Source: an uncultured Actinomycetota bacterium (lineage in GTDB: Bacteria > Actinomycetota > Actinomycetes > JAHEKZ01). Taken from it: a stretch of 64,000 bases of DNA. Made by a program: the position numbers and the translations under genes. The notes under the pieces were generated by a model. That model was not told the DNA's origin, made no database searches, and saw nothing but the letters and a program-made list of their open reading frames with translations. Below, one piece after another: positions 9,288 through 20,300 of this stretch (its first letter is position 1; each line of letters begins with the position of its first letter). The stretch lies in the NCBI GenBank assembly GCA_963829525.1, contig CAWHIJ010000003.1:928001-992000 (forward strand), written 5' to 3'.

Positions 9288-10112
9288 GTGAGCTCCGAGG
9301 CGACGCTGCTGGACGCGCTACGCGCGGTTCCGGGCGTTGCGGCTGCCGATCTGGAGCCGGACGAGCGTCCGGACGGTGCCGGCACGCTTCGCCTGCAACT
9401 AGCCCCTGGTGCTGACGAGATCGCCGTCGCCACCAGCGTCAACCGCGTCCTGCGCGAGCAGTTCGGGCTTGCCGTCGACGCCGGGCGCGTCCAGGTGGTC
9501 GAGGAGTCGGTGCCGATGGCAGCTGCCGCACCCGGGACTCCTGAACCTCCACCGGTCCCAACGCCGACGCCAGCGGCCGCTGGCACGCTGACCCAGCCAG
9601 TGCCGGAGGGTACCGAGTCGAACCGTCCCACGCTGACAGCCGTGCCCGAGTACCGAAGCGCCGAACTGCCCCCCGAGTTCGACCCCGACCTCACCCCCGA
9701 GCTGATCGAGTCGACCAGGCCGCCACGGATACTGATCCAGCGCATGCAGCTGGTCTCGGCCGGCCTCGGAGTGACCACCTCGGTGTCGCTCAGCTGGTTG
9801 GGCGAGGCCTATCTGGGTGAGTCGTCGGCAGCGGCGACGCCGTCGAGCGTTCACAGGTCCGTTGCCACTGCGACGCTCCGTGCCCTGGAAGAGGTCGTGG
9901 GTACGGCCGCGCGCTTCGAGCTCGAGCAGCTCGAGATCAACCAACTCGGTCCTGACCGTGCCGTGGTGGTAGTCGTGTCGATGTTGACCAAGCTGGGGTC
10001 AGAGCGCCTGACCGGTGTGTCAGTCGTTCGCGAGGACGTTCGTCAGGCGGTCATCCGAGCCACGCTCGACGCGCTCAACCGCAGGCTCGAGTCTCTTCTT
10101 CATCCAGCGTGA
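9288..10112 (+). CDS. Conserved hypothetical protein with Pro-rich linker
   Basis: Long ORF with GC3 bias, translationally coupled to the downstream hydrolase. Confidence 0.75.
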   Translation: MSSEATLLDALRAVPGVAAADLEPDERPDGAGTLRLQLAPGADEIAVATSVNRVLREQFGLAVDAGRVQVVEESVPMAAAAPGTPEPPPVPTPTPAAAGTLTQPVPEGTESNRPTLTAVPEYRSAELPPEFDPDLTPELIESTRPPRILIQRMQLVSAGLGVTTSVSLSWLGEAYLGESSAAATPSSVHRSVATATLRALEEVVGTAARFELEQLEINQLGPDRAVVVVVSMLTKLGSERLTGVSVVREDVRQAVIRATLDALNRRLESLLHPA

Positions 10113-11029
10113 GCACCCCGCACTGGCCAGGAGCTGAGCGATCGGTTGCCGGTAGGACGCTCTTTGTGCGTTCCTCGGCGTCGACCTCCTCCGCGCAGCC
10201 ACGCCCGCGGGCCCTGATGATCCATGGCCTGGGTGGCCAGGCGACCAACTGGACCGACCTGATGGCCGAGATGGTCGACGATGTCGAGGGGTGGGCTCCC
10301 GACCTCCCGGGGTTCGGCTGGTCGGCGCCTCCGCCGGACGCCGACTACTCGCTCACCGCCGATGCGGAGATCTTGTCGACGCTGCTCGAAGACCTCTATG
10401 CCGAGCGCGACGAGCCGATCCACGTGTTCGGCAACTCGATGGGTGGGGCGGTCGCTGTGCTGGTCGCCGCTGCGCGTCCTGACCTGGTGGCATCCTTGAC
10501 GCTCATCTCGCCAGCTCTCCCCGACCTCCGCCCGAGGCGCGACACCATGGGCGTTCCGGTCGTTGCCGTCCCAGGGCTCGGGCGCCAGCTTGTGGCTCGG
10601 ATGGCTCAAGTCCCAGCAAACCGCCAGGTGCAGGGCATGGTTGCTCTCAACTACGGAGACGCCACCACCTTCACTCCAGAACGCCGGTCTGAGGCTGTTG
10701 CCGAGGTGGAGCGAAGGCTTGCGCTTCCCTACGCGGGAGAGGCGCTCTCGGGTGCAGCTCGCGGGCTGTTGCGTGCGTTCATCGACCCAGGACCCGGAGG
10801 TCTATGGGCCACCGCTTCGCAGATCGCGTGCCCAACGCTGGTGATCTACGGCGGTCGTGATCGACTGGTGGACCCGCGTCGCAGCCGGCGCGCGGCGAGA
10901 CACATGCCCCACGCACAGATTGTCACGCTGCCCAAGGCGGGGCACGTGGCGCAGATGGAAGATCCAGCACTGGTGGCACGATTCGTGCGGCCGCTGCTCG
11001 CCGACTCGCGGCATTCCGCGTCGCGGTGA
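10109..11029 (+). CDS. Alpha/beta hydrolase
   Basis: HGLGG, DLPGFG, GNSMGG, GHVAQME. Confidence 0.9.
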   Translation: MSTPHWPGAERSVAGRTLFVRSSASTSSAQPRPRALMIHGLGGQATNWTDLMAEMVDDVEGWAPDLPGFGWSAPPPDADYSLTADAEILSTLLEDLYAERDEPIHVFGNSMGGAVAVLVAAARPDLVASLTLISPALPDLRPRRDTMGVPVVAVPGLGRQLVARMAQVPANRQVQGMVALNYGDATTFTPERRSEAVAEVERRLALPYAGEALSGAARGLLRAFIDPGPGGLWATASQIACPTLVIYGGRDRLVDPRRSRRAARHMPHAQIVTLPKAGHVAQMEDPALVARFVRPLLADSRHSASR

Positions 11030-11841
11030 CGGACGCGCAAGTCCCCGACGACGTCGCGGCGGCGATCCCCGAAGCTGCTGGTTCGACGTGGTCATGGCTC
11101 GCAGGTCTCACCGGTGGCGCGTGGCTTGTGCGTCCAGTGAGCGGGCCCGCTCTAGTGGTCCGTCAGGCGTCTGGCCGAGAAGTCCTCGTTGCGCGGGCAG
11201 CCGCCGCAGCGGACGTCGGGCCGGAGGTCGTGGCGTCGCCAACAGGTTGGCTTGCCGTCGAGCACCTGGAGGGCCGGCACGTCCGCGCCGTGGAGCTAAG
11301 TCGGCCGACCGTGCTGGCCGAGCTGGCCGACCTGCTCCGTCGCTTGCACCAGATCGATCTGACGCTGACCGAGGCGCCCCTGAAGTCCGCACGAGCGGTC
11401 TACCTCGCTGGCATCCCGAGGGGCACGGTGCCGACTGCTTTAAGGGTTGACTCCGCGCTGGCCGATTCTTTCGAGACTCAGTTGGCCGAGTCAGCTGTCC
11501 GCCGAGTGCCGGCGCACCTCGACGTGGTGGCCAACGTCTTAGAGACGCCGCGCGGGCTGCGGCTCATCGACTTCGAGTACGCCGCCGCAGCCGACCCCGC
11601 CCGCGAGCTGGGTCAGGTGGTTTGGGAAGCAGAGCTTGACCGGCAGGAGTCTGAGCGGCTGGTGCGCGCGTACGCGACCGATGCTGACGTTGCCGTGGAG
11701 GCAACTGCGCTGTGGGCCTGGATCACTGGGGTGACGTGGACACTGTGGGCGATGGCGTGTCAAGGCGATCCGGTGTTCGAACGTTACGCGCGTCGTTCCT
11801 TTGAGCGGTTGCGTCGACATTGGGCTCGTCCGGGCGGCTGA
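11026..11841 (+). CDS. Choline/aminoglycoside-kinase-like phosphotransferase
   Basis: GLTG, HLDV..N (Brenner-like) and LIDFEYA motifs. Confidence 0.75.
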   Translation: MTDAQVPDDVAAAIPEAAGSTWSWLAGLTGGAWLVRPVSGPALVVRQASGREVLVARAAAAADVGPEVVASPTGWLAVEHLEGRHVRAVELSRPTVLAELADLLRRLHQIDLTLTEAPLKSARAVYLAGIPRGTVPTALRVDSALADSFETQLAESAVRRVPAHLDVVANVLETPRGLRLIDFEYAAAADPARELGQVVWEAELDRQESERLVRAYATDADVAVEATALWAWITGVTWTLWAMACQGDPVFERYARRSFERLRRHWARPGG

Positions 11842-11927
11842 TCTGAGGAATCAGAATTCCCGGGCAAAAGTTGTGTCAAACGTGCCCCAGTGGCAGTGAT
11901 CTCTGGTTGTCTGCACTGTGGGTGAAA

Positions 11928-11990
11928 GCCCCCGAGACGGCCCCCCTGCTCTGCGTCCCCCCTCGGAGCAGGGGGGTCCTCCTCGGCGGC
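11928..11990. other. Long GC-rich nested hairpin in a 230-bp convergent intergenic region (terminator or sRNA)
   Basis: GCCCCCGAG/CTCGGCGGC outer stem and CCCCCCTGCTC/GAGCAGGGGGG inner stem. Confidence 0.55.
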
Positions 11991-12071
11991 ATCTCGGAGT
12001 TGAGCGGGCGGGGCAAGAGCGCCGAGCGGACGATGAATGGGCCGGCCGGGCGGCAGATGGGCATCTCCGGG

Positions 12072-12599
12072 CTACAGAGTGGCGTCGCCCGGGGTCCAGC
12101 CACATGGCGTTGACTCGCCGGTCTGCAAGGCGTCAAGAACTCGCAGCACCTCGTCGACGTTGCGACCGACGTCTCCGGAGTTGACCATAGAGAACTGCAC
12201 GACGTTGTCGGCGTCGACGATGAACGTGGCGCGTTGGGCGACGCCGTCTTCGCCCAGGACGCCGCAGGCGTCGCTGAGCTCACGCTTGGTGTCGGCGAGC
12301 ATGGGGAAGGGAAGGTCAGCGAGGTCGGCGCGACTCTGGCGCCAGGCAAGATGGACGAACTCGGTGTCGGTCGAGACCCCGAGCACCTGGGTGCCGCGCT
12401 CGGCGAAGTCGGTGTCGAGCGCGCCGAAGGCCACCAGCTCCGTCGGGCACACGGAGGTGAAGTCCATCGGCCAGAAGAAGACGACGCGCCACTTGCCGTC
12501 GTACTCCTTGTGATCGATCGTTGCGAACTCCTTGCCCTCCTCCGTTGAGATACAGGCATACACCTCGAATGGCGGGAAGTGGTCGCCGACGGTGATCAC
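12072..12599 (-). CDS. ahpC: 2-Cys peroxiredoxin (alkyl hydroperoxide reductase C)
   Basis: FFWPMDFTSVCPTE peroxidatic motif, GRNVDEVLRVLDALQ, C-terminal PCGW. Confidence 0.88.
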   Translation of the reverse strand: MITVGDHFPPFEVYACISTEEGKEFATIDHKEYDGKWRVVFFWPMDFTSVCPTELVAFGALDTDFAERGTQVLGVSTDTEFVHLAWRQSRADLADLPFPMLADTKRELSDACGVLGEDGVAQRATFIVDADNVVQFSMVNSGDVGRNVDEVLRVLDALQTGESTPCGWTPGDATL

Positions 12600-12789
12600 G
12601 GAGGCTCGCTCTCGATAGGAAACGTGTAGAGGGTCAGTGCGGGTGCAACAGGACCCTAGAAGCACGACGACCGCACAAAACGCAGCGGGTCCGTGCGAGT
12701 GCGTCCACATAATGGACATCGTTCTCGGAATGCGAGCAGGTCGGGCAGAGTTATGAGGGAGAATCCGCCGTCTCTGGACCCGCCTGGGA

Positions 12790-13989
12790 GTGACCGTGAC
12801 CAGCCTGCCCCCGCTTGTCGAGCCCTCCGCTGACCTGTCGGTCGACGAGGTCAAGCGCTATTCGCGACACATCATCATTCCCGAAGTGGCGATGGCTGGT
12901 CAGAAGCGTTTGAAGAACGCCAGGGTTCTGGCAATCGGCGCCGGTGGGCTGGGCTCTCCCGTATTGGTATACCTGGCAGCCGCCGGCGTCGGCACCATCG
13001 GCATCGTCGAGTTCGACATCGTCGACGAGTCGAACCTTCAGCGCCAGATCATCCACGGGCAGAGCGACGTCGGCCGCTCCAAGGCCGAGTCGGCCCGAGA
13101 CTCGATCAAAGAGATCAACCCGTTCGTCACCGTTCAGGTGCATGAAGAGCGACTCGACTCGACCAACGTCATGCAGATCTTCAGCCAGTACGACCTCATC
13201 GTCGACGGCACCGACAACTTCGCGACGCGCTACCTTGTCAACGACGCAGCCGTCCTTCTCGGCAAGCCCTACGTGTGGGGCTCGATCTACCGGTTCGACG
13301 GGCAGGCGAGCGTCTTTTGGGCCGAACACGGGCCCTGCTACCGGTGCCTCTACCCGGAGCCTCCGCCTCCCGGCATGGTGCCCTCGTGCGCAGAGGGCGG
13401 CGTCCTTGGCGTCATGGCGGGCACGATCGGAACGTTCCAGGCAAACGAGGCCATCAAGCTGATCACCGGCATCGGTGACAGCCTGATCGGTCAGCTTGTC
13501 ATCTACGACGCTTTGGAGGCGCAGGTGCGCAAGGTGCGCATCCGCAAGGACCCGAACTGCGCCGTCTGCGGTGAGAACCCGAGCGTTACCGAGCTAATCG
13601 ACTACGAGGCGTTCTGCGGAACGATCTCCGAGGCCGCAGTCGATGCCGCCCGTGGGTCAACGATCAGCGTGCGTGACCTCGACGAGATGCTTGAGCGGCG
13701 CAAACGTGGCGAGACAGACTTTCTGCTCGTTGACGTGCGTGAGCCGGCCGAGCGAGAGATCGTCTCCATCGATGGTTCGGTGCTGATCCCCAAGAACGAG
13801 TTCCTGCTCGGGGACGCGCTGCAGTCCTTGCCGCATGACAAGCCCGTTGTCATCTACTGCAAAGTCGGCGGCCGTTCAGCAGAGGTGCTTGCAGTCGTCA
13901 AGGGCGCCGGTTTCGCCAACGCCCAGCACGTCGGTGGTGGAGTGGTCGCATGGGTCAACCAGATCGAGCCGAGCAAACCCACTTACTGA
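12790..13989 (+). CDS. moeZ: Adenylyltransferase/sulfurtransferase MoeZ (ThiF/MoeB + rhodanese)
   Basis: RYSRH, GAGGLG, SNLQRQ, CYRC, PSCAEGG, rhodanese YCKVGGRS. Confidence 0.92.
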   Translation: MTVTSLPPLVEPSADLSVDEVKRYSRHIIIPEVAMAGQKRLKNARVLAIGAGGLGSPVLVYLAAAGVGTIGIVEFDIVDESNLQRQIIHGQSDVGRSKAESARDSIKEINPFVTVQVHEERLDSTNVMQIFSQYDLIVDGTDNFATRYLVNDAAVLLGKPYVWGSIYRFDGQASVFWAEHGPCYRCLYPEPPPPGMVPSCAEGGVLGVMAGTIGTFQANEAIKLITGIGDSLIGQLVIYDALEAQVRKVRIRKDPNCAVCGENPSVTELIDYEAFCGTISEAAVDAARGSTISVRDLDEMLERRKRGETDFLLVDVREPAEREIVSIDGSVLIPKNEFLLGDALQSLPHDKPVVIYCKVGGRSAEVLAVVKGAGFANAQHVGGGVVAWVNQIEPSKPTY

Positions 13990-14014
13990 CCAATCGCTGG
14001 CCCATAATGCTGCG

Positions 14015-14419
14015 ATGACGCTACTAATCGACTGCCTGACCATCGACTGCTCAGATCCTCAACTGTTGGCGGACTTTTGGTCGCAGGCGCTCGGATGGCA
14101 GGTAGTTTTCGCTGACGAGTACGAGATCGCCATTGCTGCGCCCGGTGAGAAGGTGGGCGTCCCTGACCTGCTGTTCCTTAGGGTCCCCGATACCAAGCAA
14201 GTGAAGAACCGCCTCCATCTGGACCTCCGTCCGGACGACCGCGACGCCGAGATTGCCCGCCTCGAGTCGCTCGGCGCCTCCCGCGTGGAAATCGGTCAGA
14301 AGGGCGACGAGTCATGGGTTGTGCTGGCTGACCCCGAGGGCAACGAGTTTTGTATCTTGCGAGCGCAGGCCGCAGGTGACTCAAAGTACGAAGGAGACGT
14401 CGGTTTCCCATCCCCCTGA
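14015..14419 (+). CDS. VOC/glyoxalase family protein
   Basis: TIDC.DP..LA.FW, KNRLHLDL, LADPEGNEFC; CATAAT -10 just upstream. Confidence 0.9.
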   Translation: MTLLIDCLTIDCSDPQLLADFWSQALGWQVVFADEYEIAIAAPGEKVGVPDLLFLRVPDTKQVKNRLHLDLRPDDRDAEIARLESLGASRVEIGQKGDESWVVLADPEGNEFCILRAQAAGDSKYEGDVGFPSP

Positions 14420-14477
14420 CCCCTCAGACCGCGTGGGCACATTGACTGCACAGGAGCGAGTGAAACGTTGCGGGTGG

Positions 14478-16934
14478 TCAGAGAGCGCCCTGTCGTTGCA
14501 GGTAGCCGAAGCTCAGCCAACCGGGAAACATGGGGAGCCAAAAAGTGACGGCTCGGAAGAGCAGCGCCGATTGAACTGCGGTGCTGCCATCGAGGCCGGC
14601 TGCGGTCAGGCCGGTAGCCAGGGCGGCCTCCACGGCACCGATGCCGCCAGGTGTTGGCGCGGCCGACCCGACTGCCCCTGCTGCGAGGTAGACGAACCCG
14701 ACTGTTGCGAAGGCCAGGTCTCCGCCGTACGCGTACACCGCCGCGTACAAGGCCGCGGCGTATGAGAGGTTGAGCATCAAGGCGCCACCGACTCCCATCG
14801 CGATCCTCCGTGGCTGACGCGCCGACTCGAGCAGTCGCGGCCAAGTGGTTGACAGCAATGGCATGACGCGAGAGCTGATCGCCCGCCGTGTTGCCGGGAC
14901 GGCCAGGAGGAGCGCCGCGACGCCGATCGTTCCAGCAACGACGAGGAGCACAGTGGTGTCAGGGAGGAGGTTCGGCCCCTGTTGCTGTCCGGTGATCACG
15001 CCGAAGAAGATCACCAAGATGATGTAGGAAGAGAAGACGAAGAGCTGCGTGGCTCCAACGCTCGCTATCGCGACGGCCGGTGAGGCCCCGGCCTGCTGCA
15101 GATAGCGGCTGTTGGTTCCGATGTTGCCGACGGCGGCCGGAGCGACCAAGGACACGAAAGTCGCGGCCAACTGAGTGAGAAACGTGCGGACCCACTTCAG
15201 CGCGACCGGAGCGAGGCTCGAAATCACAACCGTGGCTGAGATATAGGTGAGGGATGACATCGCCAAGGCAGCGGCGGCCCAGCGTGGGTCGGCCTCGGTG
15301 ATGACGGAGACCAGATTCACGCCGGAGAGCTGGGACAGCAAGATGTTGATGGCGACGGTGAAGGCGAAGAACGCGACGACGGTGCGGGGTCGCATTCGTT
15401 CCAGACGCACTGGCTCAGTGGGCGCTGACGGGAAGGCGGCCACCACAGCGCCACGAAGATCCTGTAACACTTCGCGGTCCTGTTTGATGGCCCGTCGGTT
15501 GGTCCGGCTCAGCGCGATCGTTTGGAGAAGTGGTAGCGCCTCCCCTAGTCGCTGAGCCGTGAGCTCTTGGAGCGCGCCCCGCACGGCGCGGTCGGCGCCG
15601 ACGATCAGGGCGGTGGTGACCAGCAGTTCGGCGTCGTCGATTCGAAGCGTCAGCTGGTCGGCAGCGATCTCCCCGTACTCGAGCCCCAGCAGCCAGACGG
15701 ATCCCCGTGCATCGAGAGCGAGGTTCCCGGCATGTAGCTCTTCGTGGGCGATTCCGGCACGGTGTAGAGCTCGCACCTGTTCCCACAGGTCGGCCAGTGT
15801 CGCGTCGTCGAGCTCGGATGGATCGATCGCTGCGAACGTACGGAGTCCGGGGATGTCTTCGAATGCGAGGACGGCGGCATCTGAGGTGACCGATGCGGCA
15901 GCCACAAGGTCAGGAGTTCGGACGTCCTGTCGGCGAGCAGCGAGGACAGGAAGTGCTGCCTGGTCGACCGCTCGGCGGACTGACCACGTAGGGGGGCGCT
16001 CGACCACGCCCTGCACGCGCATCCTTCGATAGAGCTGATAGAGCAATCCGGCCGAGCGTCGGTCGCGGTCGATCACCCGAACGTCGATTGCCCGACCATC
16101 GAGGGTGCTTCCCAGGTAGTGACGTTCGTCGTCGCTCTCTCCCTCCCACTCCAGGTAGGCGAGTGGGAGGGCAACGCCTGCGAGGGCTTGCGAGACCTCC
16201 ACACCGTTGGGGCGCGGATTCACCGTGCCGAAGCCGTATCGGAACGCCAGACCGACCGTTCTGCCACCACTGGCGCTGACCGCCAGTGCCAGGGGGGTAG
16301 CCGACTGGTCGAAGACCAGCAGGATGGTGAAGCCGATGATGGATCCCCAGACCGCTGAGGCCAACCGAGGACGGCCCCGTAACCCGTCAACGGACGCCAG
16401 AGCGATCACGGCTGTCAGCAGGGGAAAGGCGATGGGGCTGCGCGACCCACGTGAGCTCGACGTGGTGAGGGCGTCCAACAGCGTCGGGGACATGAGCTCT
16501 GGGCCGAGAACTGAGAACGCGTAGGAGATAAGCCATGCGCTGACGCCGGCTGCCGCGGCCACTGCAATCGTGCGCCACCTACGGCGGAGTGCAAGGTCGG
16601 CGAGGATGAGCGGCGGCAGGAGCAGAAGCAGCAAGTTACTGGCCAGGGCCAGAACAGTGAGGATGAGATCAGGCAGCGTGGTGATGGCCGTCGTGAGGTC
16701 TTCCTCAAGGCCGGCGGTGGTTCCTAGGGCGACGTCTCCGAGGAACAGCAGCAGCGAAGAGAAGGCAGCCCAGCCGACGAGGCGAAGTGCGTCGTTGGGG
16801 CGCCGGATGCGGCTCGGCTGCTCGGGCTCGACGACATGAGCCGGAGGTGACGGCACGGGGGCGCGTCTGCTCGATGCGCCTATTGGGTGGCCCGCGGACC
16901 GGCCTTCAGCCGGGCCGTCCGGAGTGTCTGCCAC
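14478..16934 (-). CDS. Integral membrane protein with lysylphosphatidylglycerol-synthase TM (flippase-like) domain and kinase-like middle domain
   Basis: Multiple TM segments, PTPGGIGAVEAAL and LFRAVTFWLP motifs; start inferred. Confidence 0.8.
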   Translation of the reverse strand: MADTPDGPAEGRSAGHPIGASSRRAPVPSPPAHVVEPEQPSRIRRPNDALRLVGWAAFSSLLLFLGDVALGTTAGLEEDLTTAITTLPDLILTVLALASNLLLLLLPPLILADLALRRRWRTIAVAAAAGVSAWLISYAFSVLGPELMSPTLLDALTTSSSRGSRSPIAFPLLTAVIALASVDGLRGRPRLASAVWGSIIGFTILLVFDQSATPLALAVSASGGRTVGLAFRYGFGTVNPRPNGVEVSQALAGVALPLAYLEWEGESDDERHYLGSTLDGRAIDVRVIDRDRRSAGLLYQLYRRMRVQGVVERPPTWSVRRAVDQAALPVLAARRQDVRTPDLVAAASVTSDAAVLAFEDIPGLRTFAAIDPSELDDATLADLWEQVRALHRAGIAHEELHAGNLALDARGSVWLLGLEYGEIAADQLTLRIDDAELLVTTALIVGADRAVRGALQELTAQRLGEALPLLQTIALSRTNRRAIKQDREVLQDLRGAVVAAFPSAPTEPVRLERMRPRTVVAFFAFTVAINILLSQLSGVNLVSVITEADPRWAAAALAMSSLTYISATVVISSLAPVALKWVRTFLTQLAATFVSLVAPAAVGNIGTNSRYLQQAGASPAVAIASVGATQLFVFSSYIILVIFFGVITGQQQGPNLLPDTTVLLVVAGTIGVAALLLAVPATRRAISSRVMPLLSTTWPRLLESARQPRRIAMGVGGALMLNLSYAAALYAAVYAYGGDLAFATVGFVYLAAGAVGSAAPTPGGIGAVEAALATGLTAAGLDGSTAVQSALLFRAVTFWLPMFPGWLSFGYLQRQGAL

Positions 16935-16982
16935 GCGGTGATCGTGCCACACCGAGGCCTCAGGCTCGCTTAAGGTGCGCAG

Positions 16983-17285
16983 GTGGCTCACGAAGCTCTG
17001 CCGACGCCCTACGCCGAGGACGTTCTCGACCTGGTGGCGGCGATTCCTGCCGGACGGGTCATGTCCTACTCGGACGTGGCCCTGACTCTGGGTCGCGGCG
17101 GTGCGCGCCAGGTTGGTCAGGCGATGGCGCGATTCGGTTCAGGTGTCCCGTGGTGGCGGGTGCTGCGTCAGGACGGATCCTGCGCCGACGTCCATCGCGA
17201 CGAGCAGGTCTGCCGGCTGAAGGCCGAGGGAGTGCGATTTTCCGGTGGGCGGGTTGACATGGACTGCGCGCGCTGGCATCCGTGA
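16983..17285 (+). CDS. MGMT family / alkyltransferase-like (ATL) protein
   Basis: IPAGRVMSY, ARQVG, PWWRV (W replaces the catalytic C). Confidence 0.88.
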   Translation: MAHEALPTPYAEDVLDLVAAIPAGRVMSYSDVALTLGRGGARQVGQAMARFGSGVPWWRVLRQDGSCADVHRDEQVCRLKAEGVRFSGGRVDMDCARWHP

Positions 17286-17352
17286 GTGACCCTGCCGCCC
17301 ACCATCACCGTGCAGACGCGGCACTGTCGCACCTCGATGATGGGATGGCCCT

Positions 17353-20300
17353 GTGAGCTCCTCTCCCCTCGTACTCGACGCACATCAGCGTGCGGTGGTC
17401 GAGCACCTTGCGACGGCAGGTCATGGTCCGACACTGGTACTGGCCGGTCCGGGAACCGGTAAGACCACGACGCTGGTCGAGGCCATTGCTGCGCGGGTCG
17501 AGGCAGGCACCGATCCAGCACGCATCTTGACGCTGACGTTCAGTCGGCGAGCAGCTGAAGAGCTTCGCACACGGATCGCCAGACGCCTGCAACGCACCGT
17601 TGCCGCTCCTCTGGCATGGACCTTCCACGGGTTCGGCTTCTCGCTGATGGGCGAGCTGCTCGTTCCAGATGATCTGGGGCGCAGAGTGCGACTGCTCTCA
17701 GGACCGGAGCAAGAAGTTGTCGTCCGCGAGCTGCTTGCCCACGACCGCGAGGTCGGGACAGTGGCCTGGCCGGAAACGCTTGAGGCCGCGCTCCACACCC
17801 GCGGGTTCACCGAGCAGGTCCGCACCTTCTTGGCGTCGGCACGGTCGGTGGGTCTTGAGGCCGACGACATTGCTCAGTTCGCCGATGGCCGTCCAGACTG
17901 GGCCGCGCTTTCTCAGTTCATGGTCGAGTACCTCGACGTCTTGGACTCCCGCGGCCTCCTTGACTACTCCGAGCTCGTGGCCAGGGCCGTCGCCTATGCC
18001 GAGTCTCCGGATGGCCGCGCCGCACTTCGGGCGCGCTACGACCTGGTGGTGGTTGACGAGTACCAAGACACCGACCCGGCGCAAGAACGCCTGCTTCGGG
18101 CGATCGGCGGCGACGGACGCGACCTCGTTGTGGTCGGAGACCCCGACCAAGCGATCTATGCCTTCCGGGGAGCTGATGTTCGGGGCATCACCCAGTTCGC
18201 TCAGCGGTTCCCGAGCGGGCGGGCGGAGCCGGGCACGATCATGACGCTCCGAACGTCGCGGCGTTGCGCGACACACGTCCTTACCGCCTCCCGTCGGGTG
18301 GCTGCGCTCCTAGGGGCGGCCGGAAGCCTTCCGGTCAGTGCCCTACGGGAACACCGATCGCTTGAGTCACCGGCAGGGCACCCGGCTGGCCAGATCGAGG
18401 TGCGTCTGTTCCCCACCGTTGAGCGCGAGGCGGCAGCGATCGCCGAGATCTTGCGACGCGAGCACCTTCACCGCGGCACTCCCTGGCAGCAGATGTCGGT
18501 CCTCGTGCGCTCAGGTCTGACGGACATCCCTGTGCTGGCCAGAGCCCTCGACGCCGCAGGCGTTCCGGTGGAGGTGGCCGCCGACGAGCTGCCGTTGCGC
18601 GACCACCCGGAGTTGGCCCCGCTGCTCAGCATCTTGCGCTATGCGGCCCATCCAGAGTCGCTGACGCCCGACCAGGCGGCGGCCCTGCTCCTCACCCCGT
18701 TGGTTGGTGCCTCGCCCTCTGAGATGCGTCGCCTTGGCCGGGCTCTGCGGGAGGCGCACCGCCAACGCGTCGACGTCGACCCACCGTCTTCTTCTGAGCT
18801 CATCCTTGACGCCGTTCGTGACCCAGGCTTGCTGGCTGAGCTGCCTGACGCGCTCACCGGACGGGCCCGTGTGCTCGCGCAGATCTTGGCAACGGTGCGA
18901 CGCGGCGCAGCTGCCGGGCAGTCGGCCCACGACCTGTTGTGGTCGGTATGGGCCGGCTCGTCATGGGAAGAGCGGCTGACCGTCGCTGCCCATGGCGCCG
19001 GACCGCAGTCCGTGGCTGCGAACCGCGCACTGGACGCGCTGGTCATCCTCTTCGACCTCGCCAGCCGCAGCAACGAGCGCTCGCCCCAGGGAGACCTGGC
19101 CACCTTCATCGCCGAGATCGACGCGCAAGAGATCCCGGCTGCACCTTTGGCGGACGCCGGGGTCGAAGGTTTCGGCGTCCGGGTGATGACCGCTCACCGG
19201 AGCAAGGGCCTTGAGTGGGAGGTTGTCGTCGTTGCTGGTGTGCAGGCCGACGTCTGGCCCGACCTCCGTCGTCGGGGATCACTCCTCGATCCTGACCTTC
19301 TCGGCCCTGATGGCGTCCGGGAACCGATGACCCTTTCCGAGGCCCGACGTGAAGAGCGACGGCTCTTCTATGTCGCGATAACGCGCGCGCGCCGCAGGTT
19401 GGTCTGCACCGCGGTTGAGGCGCCGACCGACGAGGGACTGCGCCCTTCACCGTTCCTCGACGACCTCGAGGTTGAACCACAGCACGACCGGGCCGGCGTT
19501 CAACACCCCTTGACGCTCGCCGGTGTCATCGCCGACCTTCGGGCGGTCGCCTCCGACCCCGGTGCTTCGTTGCCGCTTCGCTCCGCTGCCACAGCTCGCT
19601 TGGCACAACTGGCAGCTGTCGGCGCACCGGAGTCGCCGCTGGCACCCAAGGCGCACCCGCGAGAGTGGTGGGGGCGGCGAACCTCGTCCGACGCCGGACG
19701 CGATAACTCATCGTCGGCGCTTGACCGCGCGCTCTTCCTGTCCGGCTCCCAGGTGGAGGCCTTGGTCCAGTGTCCGCTTCAGTGGTACCTCAGCCGGCGT
19801 GTCAACGCCGAGTCGGGCCGGGGAACCGCCGCCGGGTTTGGTGGAGTCGTGCACGCCTTGGCTGACGCGGTAGCGCGGGGTCAGCTGCCCGCCGAGCTCG
19901 ACGCTCTGACGGTTGCCCTCGACGATGTGTGGGGTCAGCTCCAGTACCCCGCCGCGTGGGAGTCAGACCAGGAGCACGCGCAAGCGGTGGCTGCCATCGA
20001 TCGTTTCCTCCTGTGGCACAACGGGTCGCGCAACCGCACAGTGGTCTCGACGGAAGAGAAGTTCGCCGTGAGTTTCAGCGTTGCTGGGAACGAGCTGCAT
20101 CTCAGCGGCCGGCTCGATCGGCTCGAGCGCGACGACGATGGCTACCTCGTCGTCGTCGACCTCAAGACGATGGCCCACCCCCCGTCCAAGCGTGAGGTCG
20201 CCACGAACCTGCAGCTGGCGACGTACCGCCGGTTGGTGACCGGGGCCGGCAGCCTGACCGAGCCGGTGGCAGCGGCAGAGCTTGTCCAGCTGCGGATCCC

